NCBI GenBank assembly: GCA_964252035.1
Contig: OZ176200.1
From: Podarcis erhardii
Taxonomy: Eukaryota
Length of the DNA stretch: 64,000 nucleotides
Strand: one strand, 5' to 3'
The stretch's first letter is position 1; every line of letters begins with the position of its first letter. A model generated the notes under the pieces. It was not told the DNA's origin and did not search any database. It was given only the letters and a program-made list of their open reading frames with translations. This document shows positions 1 to 13,200 of this stretch, in pieces. A program made the position numbers and the translations under genes.

Positions 1-448
1 TTTATTGATTTTCAAAATTTTAACATCCAATTAATTCAAATTTAACATAAATTTTAAAAGTTGGTTTCCCAGCCCTTCACCCTTGATGCTTCTTCACCTA
101 CGCTCCTTGCTGCATCGTATAACAGTATTTTTATCTCTTTCCCAATTAAGACAAATAACATTCCTGGAGGTGGCAGACACCCTGAATAATCTACTAGGTA
201 ATGGGGACAATTACAAAGCACAGGAAACAATCTAGGCTATGACAAAGGACAGGAAATGATTTGTAATTGTATCCACACAGTTTCAAAGCACATATTGATG
301 GGAGGAGGAAGAGCTCTGAATATATCCATTTTGATGCGCTGAACAGATTCAACAGTGGTAGTTGGTGCTGCAGTCACATGGTGTAAGGTCCAGTAGGAGA
401 CAATACAAGATCTGGCAAGTTCTTCATTCCTTATTGGAAATGAAGAAC

Positions 449-598
449 GGCCCTCCAGCTGTTTTGGGACTACAAAATGGCCCTCCAGTTGTTTTGGGAC
501 TACAATTCCCATCATCCCTGACCACTGGTCCTGTTAGTTAGGGATGATGGGAGTTGTAGTCCCAAAACAACTGGCGGGCCGAGTTTGGCACCACTGCC
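449..598. mobile_element. Palindromic hAT-type MITE (same family as 42139-42274)
   Basis: 41-bp inverted arms at 479-519 and 540-580; internal 30-bp tandem duplication at about 451-510. Confidence 0.6.
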
Positions 599-1380
599 TG
601 ATGACTTTGACAACATTAGAAGAAGATTGGAGAACTGTGCCAGAGTTATGTTTTGACGAGGTTTCAGTAATATTACAGTTAGTGTTGGGGGAGAAATTCA
701 GTTCAGTTAGTATTTTTAAGTGAAATTAACTAAATCTCGCTTCCTCAAACGGTACACAAAGCCAAAGACAGCTATCCTTTGAAAGCAGCACTTCGCTGAA
801 TTTTGCAATGGAGTTTTCCTACCAAATAGTGGGCCGGTTCACACCCAGCACTAAACTAAACCATGGCTAAGCTCAACACACATAGGCATGCAGGTTCCCA
901 GAGTGGAGATTGCAATTGCATCGCTCCTGTTCTGTTCCTGTGGCTGCTGTAAGCCAAGATATAGTTTGGCTCCGCATGCTATTTAAACCCAGGCTCAACG
1001 TTGCAAAAACATATGTGTCAAGAGAAATGTGCGCTAAGATACTGACATATTCATGCAAAGGCAAATTGAGGTGGAAATATGGAAAACTGGACTTAAGCTT
1101 GGCAATATCAGAAACAGACAGAAACCAAAGCTGACAGATTCGTCCATCCACCCCTAAGTGCAATGGAAGTTTATGAACATATTGATTACCTATCAATATT
1201 TACTAATTTGGGTGGAAACATTTGTTAAGGATATGGTGCTATCACAAAGACAGCTTGTATAATGAATGAGCAAGTGCAGATTGCTTTGCCCCAGAAAATA
1301 TCTAGAAAGAGCTGTGCATTATTGAATGAGAATTCCACATGTACTATCCAGCTTCATTTCTGTTCAGTAATGGGTCTTAC

Positions 1381-1485
1381 CTTACTCTGTAGTTTTTGCC
1401 CTCTTTTGGCCCTGTTGAAATCTGGTGTATCAAGGATAGATGTGTACTTGGTCTTTTGCTCCTTGCCTGCAGCTCTATACACAAG
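1381..1485 (-). CDS. NEB: NEB exon, 105 nt (last exon found in window)
   Basis: [35 protein letters not shown]; tag/gtaaga. Confidence 0.94.
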
Positions 1486-4230
1486 CTAGAAAGAGAAACA
1501 ACAATGCACTTTCCTCTTCCATAGCCAACCTTTACAGCACAAGTATATTAGAAAACAAAGAGAGTTAATAAGCTGACAGTGAGCAGAAGGAAGTCTGATG
1601 TGGTTGACTGACAGACTCCGTCCTTACTGCTAACTGAACTGGCATAAGCTTATCACACCCCATTGTCATTTTTACTGAAAGCAGATTATTGAAATTGCTG
1701 GATCTAACATAGCCACATCCATTACTTTCTGTGGTTCAACTCTGAGTGAATCCGAGTTGAATATCACCCAATGTGATTAGAAGACTTGACCCTCCACAAG
1801 TGCTTTATGACAGCTATTTGAAAAGTCTACAAATCGCTGCATACAAGATATTGTTTTGATAGCTTGGTGTTCTTGTGCGGGATCCCCACAGGCACCTAGT
1901 TGGCCACTGTGAGAACAGGATGCTGGACTTGATGGGCCATTGGCCTGATCCAGCAGGTTCTTCTTATGTTTTTACATTATGTACTTGGACCTCCCTTGAC
2001 ATCACTGCTGCTTCTCACTGCCCTATTCCCATCCCAGCAAGTGGCAGCACTGCTAGTGGGTGCCTGAAGCTCCATACACACACCCTCCACCTCACACAGC
2101 TCAGTCAGTAAAGCATGAGACTCTTACTCTCAGGGTTGTGGGTTCAAGCCCCATGTTGAGCAAAAGATTCTCGCATTGTAGGTGGACTAGATGGTCCTTG
2201 TGGTTCCTTCCAACTTTGCAGTTCGACTGCAAATCATAATCCTCTTATTCTATATGCTGCTGCTGGCTGTAAAACTAGCTCAGCCAAAATATTCTGCATA
2301 GCATGAACCTTAACCGTGGTCTCTTGCTAAAGAACAAAGAACTTCCATCGTGCTTCTCTTCATCTGCAAGCCTACTTTAGAGCAGCTGCCGCAGAAGCAC
2401 ACTTAAAACGACCCAAGCATCCCTTTAAATTCACTTTAAAATGTTTCAGTGCAGAAAGGTTAAAGAACATCAATCTTACATCACTCAAATGGGTCTTCAG
2501 CTCCTGAACGGTCCTGTACACGGGAGTGTCCAGAACCACACGATATTTATCTTGTGACTTCTTTGCAGCTTCAGTGTAGACGTAATTAGACTGAAAAAGA
2601 AATGTGCTTGTGTCAAAAGAACATGCAGTCTCCATCAGACAAACAACAAAACTTTGAATCCTAACAAAGAAGATTAATGAAGTCACAGCCCCTTGATATA
2701 ACTCCACAAGAATCTCTGGAATGTACAGGTTAACAGTACAATGTAAAACATCACTTTAGTTGCTTTGTAAGTGGGCCATAACATAACATCCATTCAAACA
2801 CATTAGGGTGGCTTCTGTAGAAAACATTAGAGCCAAGTCACTAAGCATAGAGCAACAATATCTTAAAATCTGCACCCATACATCCAGTAGCGAACCTTGG
2901 GGCCTCAAATTTCAGTGGGATGCCAAAATTCCACATGCCCCTACTTCTCACCTTCCATTCTACATAATAGCTGTGGCACCCCATGCAACCATACTGATAG
3001 CTCTCCCCTAAATCTGCCTCTGATACATCTGCTTCTCTATAGCTGTAAATGGGAGGAAGTGGGGGAGGTGTGCTATGGAAGAGATACTAATCAGCACACA
3101 CATTTGAAACTGTAGCTCATGATTTGGCACACACACTGGTTCTGTTAGTCCAGTTGTACCAGCAGAAACCAACACAGGAATGTAGTTTGCAAGTGACATG
3201 TAGTTTGCAGGTGTTGGATTCACTGATTGCACACACTTGCTACTTGCAAAGGACAATGTCCATGTTCAGACATCATGCAAGCCTGCTTACTATGCACAAC
3301 CCAAATCAAGCCGCCTTTGCTCTTGCTCATTCCTCCTGGCTTGTGCTAGGAGATAACAAACCATAATTCCAGAGATCATTGTTTTGTTTTGTTCCAATAA
3401 AGCACAATCAGTAAGCCAAGAACAAGCCTTGGCTAGAGATCATGGTTTCTTGGGAACAAAACAAACCATAAACCCTGGTTTGGATGTAACAGGAAGCCAG
3501 GAATTGTGGAGCAAAGCACAGCAAAGTGGGACTGATTTTGCTCATGCACAGTGTTTATGTCTTACCATGATGCGTGAACAGAGTCAGTGATGGGGTGGCA
3601 CTTTTAGCTACTAATGAACATTATGACAAAGGACTGCTGTGGGATAAAGTGACCCAACACATCTAACCAAGCATAGGGCCTCACTTCCAAGAACAATGTC
3701 CACAGCATATCTAATGACCACACATAAACCTTGATATGGCATTGCCTAGTCTGATCTCATGTCCAGCATAGTACAGTTCACAGTTTATAGTGGGAAAGAA
3801 CCTCACTTTTAAATATAAAAAGGTATAACTTAAATCATGTCAAATCAATCAAACAAAAAAACCAACAAAAAGCAACACTTGAAAATGGCAGTGTTTCACC
3901 TCTTGATTATTTGTCAGCAAAAAAAGCAAGGAGTCGTCCAACAGAAATGGTCATGGAAAAAGAAACATACCCAGAGCTTGCGCAAATGTCGAGCACGGAC
4001 CATATCAGGGGTATCATAGAGGAAGCAGCCCAGGCCTCTCAGCCACTGCAGATCAGTTTTATATTTAACCTGCCAAACAATGATAAGGATGTAATACCAT
4101 ATCTATTACATAAATATACCATCATATTATGTGTTATAATCATAGTGTTTTGAATAATTATGCAATAACTAAATAGTTTTAAAAGATGGCAAAGGAAAGA
4201 TGAAAAAGAATATAGAATGCGTGCATGAGA

Positions 4231-4290
<60 letters not shown>

Positions 4291-7200
4291 AAGAAACTAA
4301 GTAAGAGTAGGAATTGAGCCACTAACGCTACTAAGTCCAAAAGCTTACATCGCTTGTAATCTCTCCAACGTAACGGTTATGTATTGTCTCTGGTGTATAT
4401 GGCAAGGAAATCATGTGCCCCTGCATCTTAAAGAAGTCAGTCTTGTAGATCAGCTGAGATACAAAAACAAAGGGGGTGGGTGGAGAATTAGGGTGATTTT
4501 TTCCCCCATCACATCAGACATTACTGGAATTTGTCTATTTATTTATTTTTAAATGTATAAGAGAGGCATACATCACTGATGGATTCCTGGTTCGTTTTCA
4601 CTTGGCGAATTTCAGGCGTGTCGGGCGTGGTATGAATCTTATCCTTGTTTTTGTGATATACTTCCCTATAGAGCCTCTGTAACAAAAGAGAAGGAGTTCT
4701 TGCACATGGTGCTGAAACCAATAAAACAAAAGACACCCTGATCTAGAATTCCATGGCCTGCCTACCACTGCTGGGAATCCTGCAGGCAGTACTTCTGCTC
4801 ACCCGCACATCCAGTTGGCAGAACATGCTGCTCTGCACCATCAGAGTGAGGCTGGCATTACTCCATGAATGGAGGCCGGCAGAGCTGAGTAGAGGGATAT
4901 CTCAGCCCAATCCAATCCCCCAGTGCAAAAGAGGTTTGAACTGCAACAGCAATTTCTTGGGAGTAAGCCCCATTGAACTCAGTAGGACTTACTTCTGAGC
5001 AGGCATGTGATTGTGCTGCAAAGTCTGCCTTCGATAGCGAACATTCGTTTTCTTTCTTGCAAAACAACTTTCTATTTCTTTTGTTGATTCAAGTAAGTAT
5101 ACTCCTTTAATTTGCACTCTGGAGCAAATTGGTTAAGTTTTTGCCTGGTTATGGGATCTTCTCTGTTCACATTGCTTGGCCAGTTTGGCCAGGCTTTAAA
5201 ATTTCAATGAGAGTGACTAGAATTGCACATTGGACACTGACCACCTGTAACAAGGCAGGAGCCTGGAAATATACTGACCTCAGCAGGGAGAATACAACTA
5301 CCATAAGTCTGTATCTCTTTCCACCCAGGCCCAGGTAGTGAATCAGGAAAGGTGGAGCAGCATTGCCCATGAAGAAGGAACCAAAGAGTGCTTCACACTT
5401 GATCTCATGGGATCAGTGTAAGTGTGCCCCTTTCATTACATACCCCAATAACAAACATTTATAATAAGGGGAGAGTCATCTTTCAAACTATATTTACATT
5501 TAAGTCATTAACTATAAAAAACTTACATGCTTATAAAGACATTTTACAGAACATGTGGTCCTGAGTGTCTGACAAAAATCATACCACGGTTTTATGATGA
5601 GTTGCATAAGATTCCAACAGTGATGTTATTTATTTATTTTTGCATCATCAAGTACCATAAATACTTAAATACTATTCACATTACCTCATTGAGAATTTTG
5701 TTGACTTTCCTTATGTTTACAAATGGAACAGCTTTGGGTCCAAAATTGTAACCTTTATCCTTGATGTGTTCATAGACTTCCTTGTATTTCAGCTGAAATC
5801 ATACAAAAAAAATTCAGAAAGATATGTATTTTAGACACAATAGCTATTTATAATAGAACCTAAAAATGAAGTCATACCATTTAGCAGAACATGAATATAG
5901 ACTTACATCCATGCTAACTTTTAAGGTATCTAGGATTGTAGTTAAGCCCTCCTGCCCATTTCCCGATACCTCCCCATTCCCTTTCCTTGCCTTATTAACA
6001 CCCACAAGATCCTATGGTTTGGTTGCATTTCCCCATTTCTATAAAATAATATAAGATTTATATGGTCATGTTTTCAATAAGTATAATATTGCAACCACAG
6101 TTTTTGTAACAGATCACGTATCTATATATTCATGCAACTATATTTATTTGCAACAGTAGTATGAGTTAAAAAATAATCCACCACTCACATAACTGCCAAG
6201 GTATTGGGCATGTTTAGCATGCTTGAAACCAGGGGTATCTGGTGGGAGTTTGTATCCAGTGGGAAGTGCATGCCAGCCAGCTTTTCGGTAGAGACCCTGC
6301 CAAAGAAAAGAAAATTCATGACAATGTTTAAATACTGATTTTGCAATGAAGTGCAACACTATGAATACATTCCCACTCAATTAGGTATTGAGCATTCATT
6401 CTCATTTGCTTGGGGGTGGTTATATGATATTGTGTCAAGCGGTGGCTATCCCATACTTCCTGTTGCTTTCCTTTCCACAAAAAGTCTAGGGTTGTTGTTG
6501 TTTTAATGGATTTGTTGCACAAGAACACCAATAATTGCTCAACTTGAATTTTCGAGTATGCACTTGAACCCCACCCACAAAGCAGGAAAAATCTGGGGGT
6601 AGCTCCAGCTCCAGCACTTACTTCATTCTGTATCCTGTAAGCATGAGTTGCCCGCTCCAAATCCACCGTCTTATCTGTTGGAGTGTATTTCCCTTTGACA
6701 TTGTGCACATAGTCATGGCGGTAAACGGCCTAAGGAATATAGAAAATGTAAAACTGATGCTGAGTGATACAGCAAAAGCTTATGTGCTGAATATGAGCTG
6801 GGCATACATCTGGAGAAAGCAAAGTATCAGTAGTAACAGTAACAGTAACAGTAATTTGTACCCTGCCTATCTGACTGGGTTGCCCCAGCCACTCTGGGCA
6901 GCTTCCAGCATATATAAGACCATAATAAAACATTATACATTAAAAACTTGAATGCTGGGGTAGAGGTAATGCACCATCCAACCACAGGGGTATTGTGGGG
7001 ATTAAAGGAGGAAAAGTGAGAGCCAAGTACACCACTTTGAGTTCCCCAGAGAAAAAGGTGAGCCACCAATGCAATAAATAACTAAATAATAAAACCACAA
7101 GTAAAATAGGAATCAGCGTACAACTGTAAACTGGATCTGGGGATTAAAGTAGGGGGGGGATGGCTATGAATGCTGACTGAATCTCTGAACGGGATACACA

Positions 7201-10200
7201 GCCCACTAACTAATTGGCTGGTTTGATGTGCATTACTAAGGCACTGCTACTATTGTTAATGAGAGCGTAATTGAAATGTGGGGGAGGGGGGAGGAACAAA
7301 TATTACAATGAAGCTGCGGTGAACAGAAATGGAGATCCTTACCTCACTCAGATTCATGGCACTCTGGACATTCTGAACATAGAGAGGTGTGTCGGTGACC
7401 ACGGTGTAGTTGCTCTCCATTTTCTTGGCCTTTGACTTGTATTTCAACTACGAGAAAGAGAGAGAAAGCACCTGAACCTTCCCTTTCTCATTCCCACCAC
7501 TGACTTTGTCAAATGTCCCACCCATTCGGCAACTTTTCTTAAGGCACTCCAACCAACCACTCCTCAAATATGCCAGATATACCTGGCAGCTGCCATGAAA
7601 TAAGAGCCTCTCCTCCAACTTCCCAAGAAGCTGAAGTAAAACTCCAAGAAGAGGAAGAAGCCATCATAGCAACAACAACAATAATAAGGCTGCCACATTA
7701 TTTCAGTCTTGCCTTACCAGCATCATCAAAGCTTTTATTGGCACCACATACAAACATCCAAAACAAATCAATACAGAATTACCACTTCCCCAGCGGCACA
7801 AAACATTATCAGCTGACTATTGTATCCTGCGTTCAGTTAATTAGCAATTTTTTTAAAAAATATCAAAGGAAGTTGAAGAGAGGGGAAAGGAGATGTGTGT
7901 ATTCCTAACTCACCTGAATTCAGAGGAGATAATTAAGTTTATTGTTAAAGCAGCGGTGCTTCTGCTTTTATAGTAGGGAAACCACAGCAAAAAAATGAAA
8001 AACAAAAACAAATAGCAGACTGTTGTATCATGTATGTTTTACTGAGTGGCAAAAGCGTGCAAGGCTGACTGACAAAAGTGCAGTCCAATATAAAATACAT
8101 GAAGCAGACAGCAGTCAGTTTTCAATTCAACCTACTAACCATGCCCCGAAAGAGCTGTAAGAGGAGCTTGAGGGAGAGCTAGGAAGGAAGCTTCAGAACA
8201 AAGCAATTTGCTATCATCAGTTGTACTCACGTCATTACGAAGGTCATAGGCATGTTTGGCATGGAGAATTTCAGGGGTGTCCCAGACAAAGCAACCTATG
8301 CCTTTGAGCCAGTTGAGGTCATCTTTGTACACAATCTAAGATATTGGATTAAAAATAGAGAAGAGTGAGAATTTCATAGCAAAACATAGCAAACATTCAT
8401 TATACACAAATTAAGTAATTTAATCGTGATTGAAACTTTGCTACATAATGGAAACCAGCTTAGAGCGTTAGCATTAGTTTCCATTGGCTGCCATTATGTT
8501 GTTCGATTTTCTAAGTACTCCTTTCTTCAGCAACCCGTTGTTTCCTCAGATTCCTGCTTTTCAGCCAGTTCCTATTTAGTCCTAGTAATACAACTTGTAT
8601 TACGGTCAGTTTGATCCAAATGTCTGTCTGTCTGCACACAGCAGGCGCATGAAAAACTGAAAACGTTTGCTGCAAAAACTTCCAGATTGAAACCCTGAAA
8701 GGTTCTCTGTTCATTAAAAGCCCAATTAATTGTCCCTTTGAAGGCAAGCATCTCCTGCATCCACCAAACAGCAATCAAAGGGGGGGGGCTGACGCCCGTC
8801 GACAGACAATGAACACAGCCTGTAAGCTTATAGATGTAGTTTGTCACACCATTAATGCTCCTTTTCCTGTCATGTGCAAATATAATAGTTTTTCCAAAGG
8901 CAGACCTGGTATCATTTGCAGACTTACATCACTCAGCTGGTCATTGACTTTCCGAGCAAGAGCATTGGCATGAAGATCTGGGATGTTGGCCCATTCATGG
9001 AGACGGATGCGATAATCGATTTCACTGACTTTCTTCTGAGTGCTCTTAGCTGACACTATGTCCACCATGTCTGGTGCAATATGGATTTTGGCCTTGTTCT
9101 TTTCATAGCCTTCTCTATATAAGCGCTAGGGTAAAATAGAATTATTATTATTATTACTACTACTACTACTGCTACTACAATTATTATTTCTTCTTACCCA
9201 CCCTTTATCCTAAGGTCCCACAGCAGGTTACAACCACTTAAAATTATATATTAAAAACAGTCAAAAACAAATACAATACCAGCAGTTAGCTAACAACTAA
9301 CAAACAATTCATGAAGTCATATCTGAGTAGGCCAGAATATTAGCTTCCAGTATTATTTTTATAATAATAATGGGAAGCTTCTAATAATGGGGGGAAATAT
9401 AAATAAGATATTAAACCATGCGAAGAGTGACAATCTGGCACAAGCATGACATCATAGGAAACTACAACTCTAAGAGGGGAAACAGCAGAGTGGAGTGCCT
9501 GCTTGACCCTTTTGGTTCCAGCTATTCTTCTGCTCAGAATCCCAGGCTTTTCCATCCATAAGAATGGGGAAACCAACCCATAATGAAATCCAATGGCACC
9601 TGCCTTCTTTTAGAACAGATACCACTAATAGAATAGATTTTTCCTCCCACCTGCAGCTCTCCATGTGCCTTCAAAACCTGCTCTGGAGGGTTGGGAGAAT
9701 GTCCGGAGCAGATTTAGAGCTTGGGATGGACTGCAAGGCAGGAGTTGGGAAGAAAAATTGGCATTGATGTCACACTATGGAACTCTGTGTACCTGTACAT
9801 TTAGTTTGGCCCTTAGTGATCTACATGCACTTGTGTGAATGAAGGTGACCTATATCAACATATTGTTATAGCTCCTGGGTAAATCACCCTTTGTTAAGCT
9901 GATTATCTGATACCTGCAATGATCAGCTGACATTCCCTGAATGGGTACAGCTTATGAATTGAAATTACTTTTCCCAACCCATCACCAAGTAGAGGGGCAG
10001 AAAACTATGGTGTTGCAGTTTGAGCAGTTAAGAGAGACAGAGAGTTGGAAGTTCTTCTGCTGAACTACGCCTGAGCAAGAAGCCTGCAGGAGGCTACAGA
10101 AATCTGAGCAGTTGCTGTCTTTGTGAATCTGATGCATGACTTGTGGTTGTGCTGACCACTATGGCAGTCTATTGCTTCCAATAAGTTCTCCTCTGGGCAC

Positions 10201-13200
10201 AATAATTCTCCAGCGTGCTCTCTTCCAATGAACACTAAATCCTGTAGCACTCCCATCTCTTGGGGAAGTGAGGGGTGCTAAATAACATAACCTTTCAGTA
10301 TCTAAAACCAGCTATTAATGGAAATAATCTGATTTTAAAAGTGTAAGACGGCACTTTTCTTATTAGATGTTATATCAGAAATAAACCTTACATCAATATT
10401 CAGCTTGCCAACCCTTAGGCATCTGGCAGTGTTGGGATCATCCTGAACCCCTCTGGGTAGAGTGTAAAGCGCTTTAAACCGATCATACTCCTCTCGATAC
10501 TTTACCTATGTGGAAAAAGAAAATGGAAATCCAAGTTACTTAGAATGATACATCATTCGTACGACATCTTTAGGAATGTGTTGCTTGGGTACACTTACAA
10601 TACTGGCATTGTGCTTCAGTTCTTTGGCACGGACAAATGGCACAGCATCGGGAGGCAATGTGAAACCAGTGGCCTTCACTTTATCCCAGGCGTCCTTGTA
10701 CAGGTTCTGTAGAGGCGAGAATCAAAGCACTGTGGTCTATATATGCTACTATACACTAAGGGCTTGTCTACACTGGAGCACCTGCCTGTCTCCCCATTAA
10801 TGTAGGTGTGTCTACAGGACGTCCTCCCCATCAAAGTGTTCTCCTGTCCTCTTCTTTAAATGTGGGGCCTTCTGCTCCTGGGAAACGTTGAAATCCAAGG
10901 ATTAAAAATCCCACATTTAAAGGGAGGCAGATTTGGGGAAATGTTGGGATGCTTAAGATGTCATGTAGATGCCCTTATTATTAACAGGGACAGGAAGGTG
11001 CAAATCCATATTTACCTCTGGTGTAGACAAGCCCAAATATTTTGAGCTGCCTTAAGAGTCATCTTCTATGAAGCCCCAAAGCAGTAAGAACCATGAGTAA
11101 GAACCAAATATTAAGACACCTTTTCTGCCTTTTAAAGCAGAAAGGCCTAGAGCTACACATTCTTTCACATAGTCAGGGAAGGAAACAATTGCTTAAATCC
11201 ACACAAACAAAATGGATACTAAAAATCATGGCCTTCCACACCCCAACTTAGAAAAGGCAACCCAAAAGGAAAGAAATTTCAACACTAAACATCAAGCTCA
11301 GGTTTGATCTGTCATCCTTCAGGATGGGGAAATTCCATAATTTTTGGAGCAGGGCTGAAAAACTTCAGTTTCTCCTAAGTGTATTGTGATTAGCCACAGG
11401 TGGCAATTTCAAGAGGCATACCAGATTGTAGGGATGTAAACCCAGGTATGCTAGCCCCGAGTCATGCTGTGTTCCAATGTCCGGTGAAAACATTCCCCTT
11501 TTGCTGGGTCCTCAGACAGCAGTCGCAATATGCTGTTAATCAGAGACCTGTGTACTGTGAATTTTACTTGAAATAGTTCTAATCTGTGTACAGCACTCTG
11601 CATTGTTGCTCCGTACTTTGGGTTAAGCCTCCCTGACACCATGTGAAGGGAAGAAATAAATATTGGCTAGCATACCCAGGTACTTATAACTAAAAGAATT
11701 CCAAGATAAACCACCACCCAAAATCAGCCCATCTCATTAGCCCCTGAAAATAAAGTTTAAACACTCACACTACTGAAAAGGTGCTTGAGGTTCTGAATCC
11801 TATCATGATCAACTGTTTCCAAAACTGTGGTATATTGGTCCTTCATTTTATGGTATTGTTCTTTGTATTTCACCTATAATCAAAGGCAGATTCAGCCATT
11901 ACTGTAGTTCCCTTTACAATTCAAGGGAAGGGAAGAGAATGAACCAGGGCAAAGGAAAGGAGGAGAATGACTCACGTCGCTAGCATTGATACCACTCTCG
12001 ATAGCAGTTACATAAACTGGAGTATCCATAACCACACCGTAGTTCTGTAAATTGTCTTTTCCTGCTTTTGTGTAGAGCAACTGTGAAACCAAGGCAAAAA
12101 GAAGGCATTAGGACAGAGAACAGCTACACTGGATTATTTAGCAACTCTAAGCACACTGTGTAGCAATAGGATTCCTTCTTTGGTTTCTTTGAAGTCCCTT
12201 TGGCAGGTATGGGGAATAAATCACCTTAATATAGCATAGTGCTACTAATCAGATGTGTTTTTTTTAAAATGTTAGTTAGTGCACTTAGCACTTTCAAGGA
12301 AGCTAACGACTGTTTTAAGTACAGTGGCTTGCTTTATTCTCTGGAAGGAAAGATGGCCGCTGTCATATTTTAATGAATTTATGCCTGCATTTATCCACAA
12401 GTGGGAAATTCCAACAATCCTAAGGATTTGTCTTATACTGAGTCAGGATCATTTGGTTAAGTACTGTCTATGACTCTGATTGAAAAGAGCTCTTTGAGGC
12501 CTGAGGCAGGCATCTTTCCTAATCCTGCTACCCAATATTCTTTAGCACCTCTATGAATGGGAAATGGTGCAAACCCCAAACTGATCAAATAAGGAAACCT
12601 TATAGAGAGACATGGTTCCCAGTTCCAGCACCACCACCACCATCCCCAGGCGAGATCCATTTGCTTACTTGACTCTGAAGATCATAAGACTTCTTAGCGT
12701 GCAGGATTTGAGGTGTGTCCCACACATAGCATCCAATTCCCTTCAGCCATGTTAAGTCATCCTTGTACACAACCTGCACATGACAGTAGTGGGGGGGGGG
12801 AATGCAATGAACTCATTATACATTGTTTCAAACATCTCCAGTCATACTAATGTTTTGGTCCACTGCAGAAAAGTGAGGAGTGGAAGTGATCTAAGAGATT
12901 TACGTGTATTCTGGGGTTGCCTGCATGGGTTCCAGATGACTTCTACCATTCCTACTTTGAGAATTCTCTTAGAATAACAGTTAGCATTTCTATAAAGCTA
13001 TAGAGTTCTTCAAGCATGTTACATACATCATCTAAGGCTGCTGTCCAAACCTGCCGCTGCAGAGCAACCACTGCAGATGCAACCAAGCCATTCACGGTGG
13101 TGGCAGAAGGTGGAGCAAGCAGATTCGGACTCATTCCTGTACCAGTTTCAGGCTGTCATAGCAAATGGACCTGGAACATGCCTGATGTGAGAGCAACTCA

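Noticed and set aside
237-515. Minus-strand ORF containing EELARS...HHVTAAPTTTVESVQRIKMDIFRA as the next NEB exon
   Set aside because: Only faint resemblance to a nebulin module, with no YK motif and no in-frame acceptor/donor pair; its start lies in a MITE. The next exon is probably beyond position 1.
2097-2160. tRNA-Lys gene
   Set aside because: Mutated stems and a directly attached CR1-like tail indicate a SINE.
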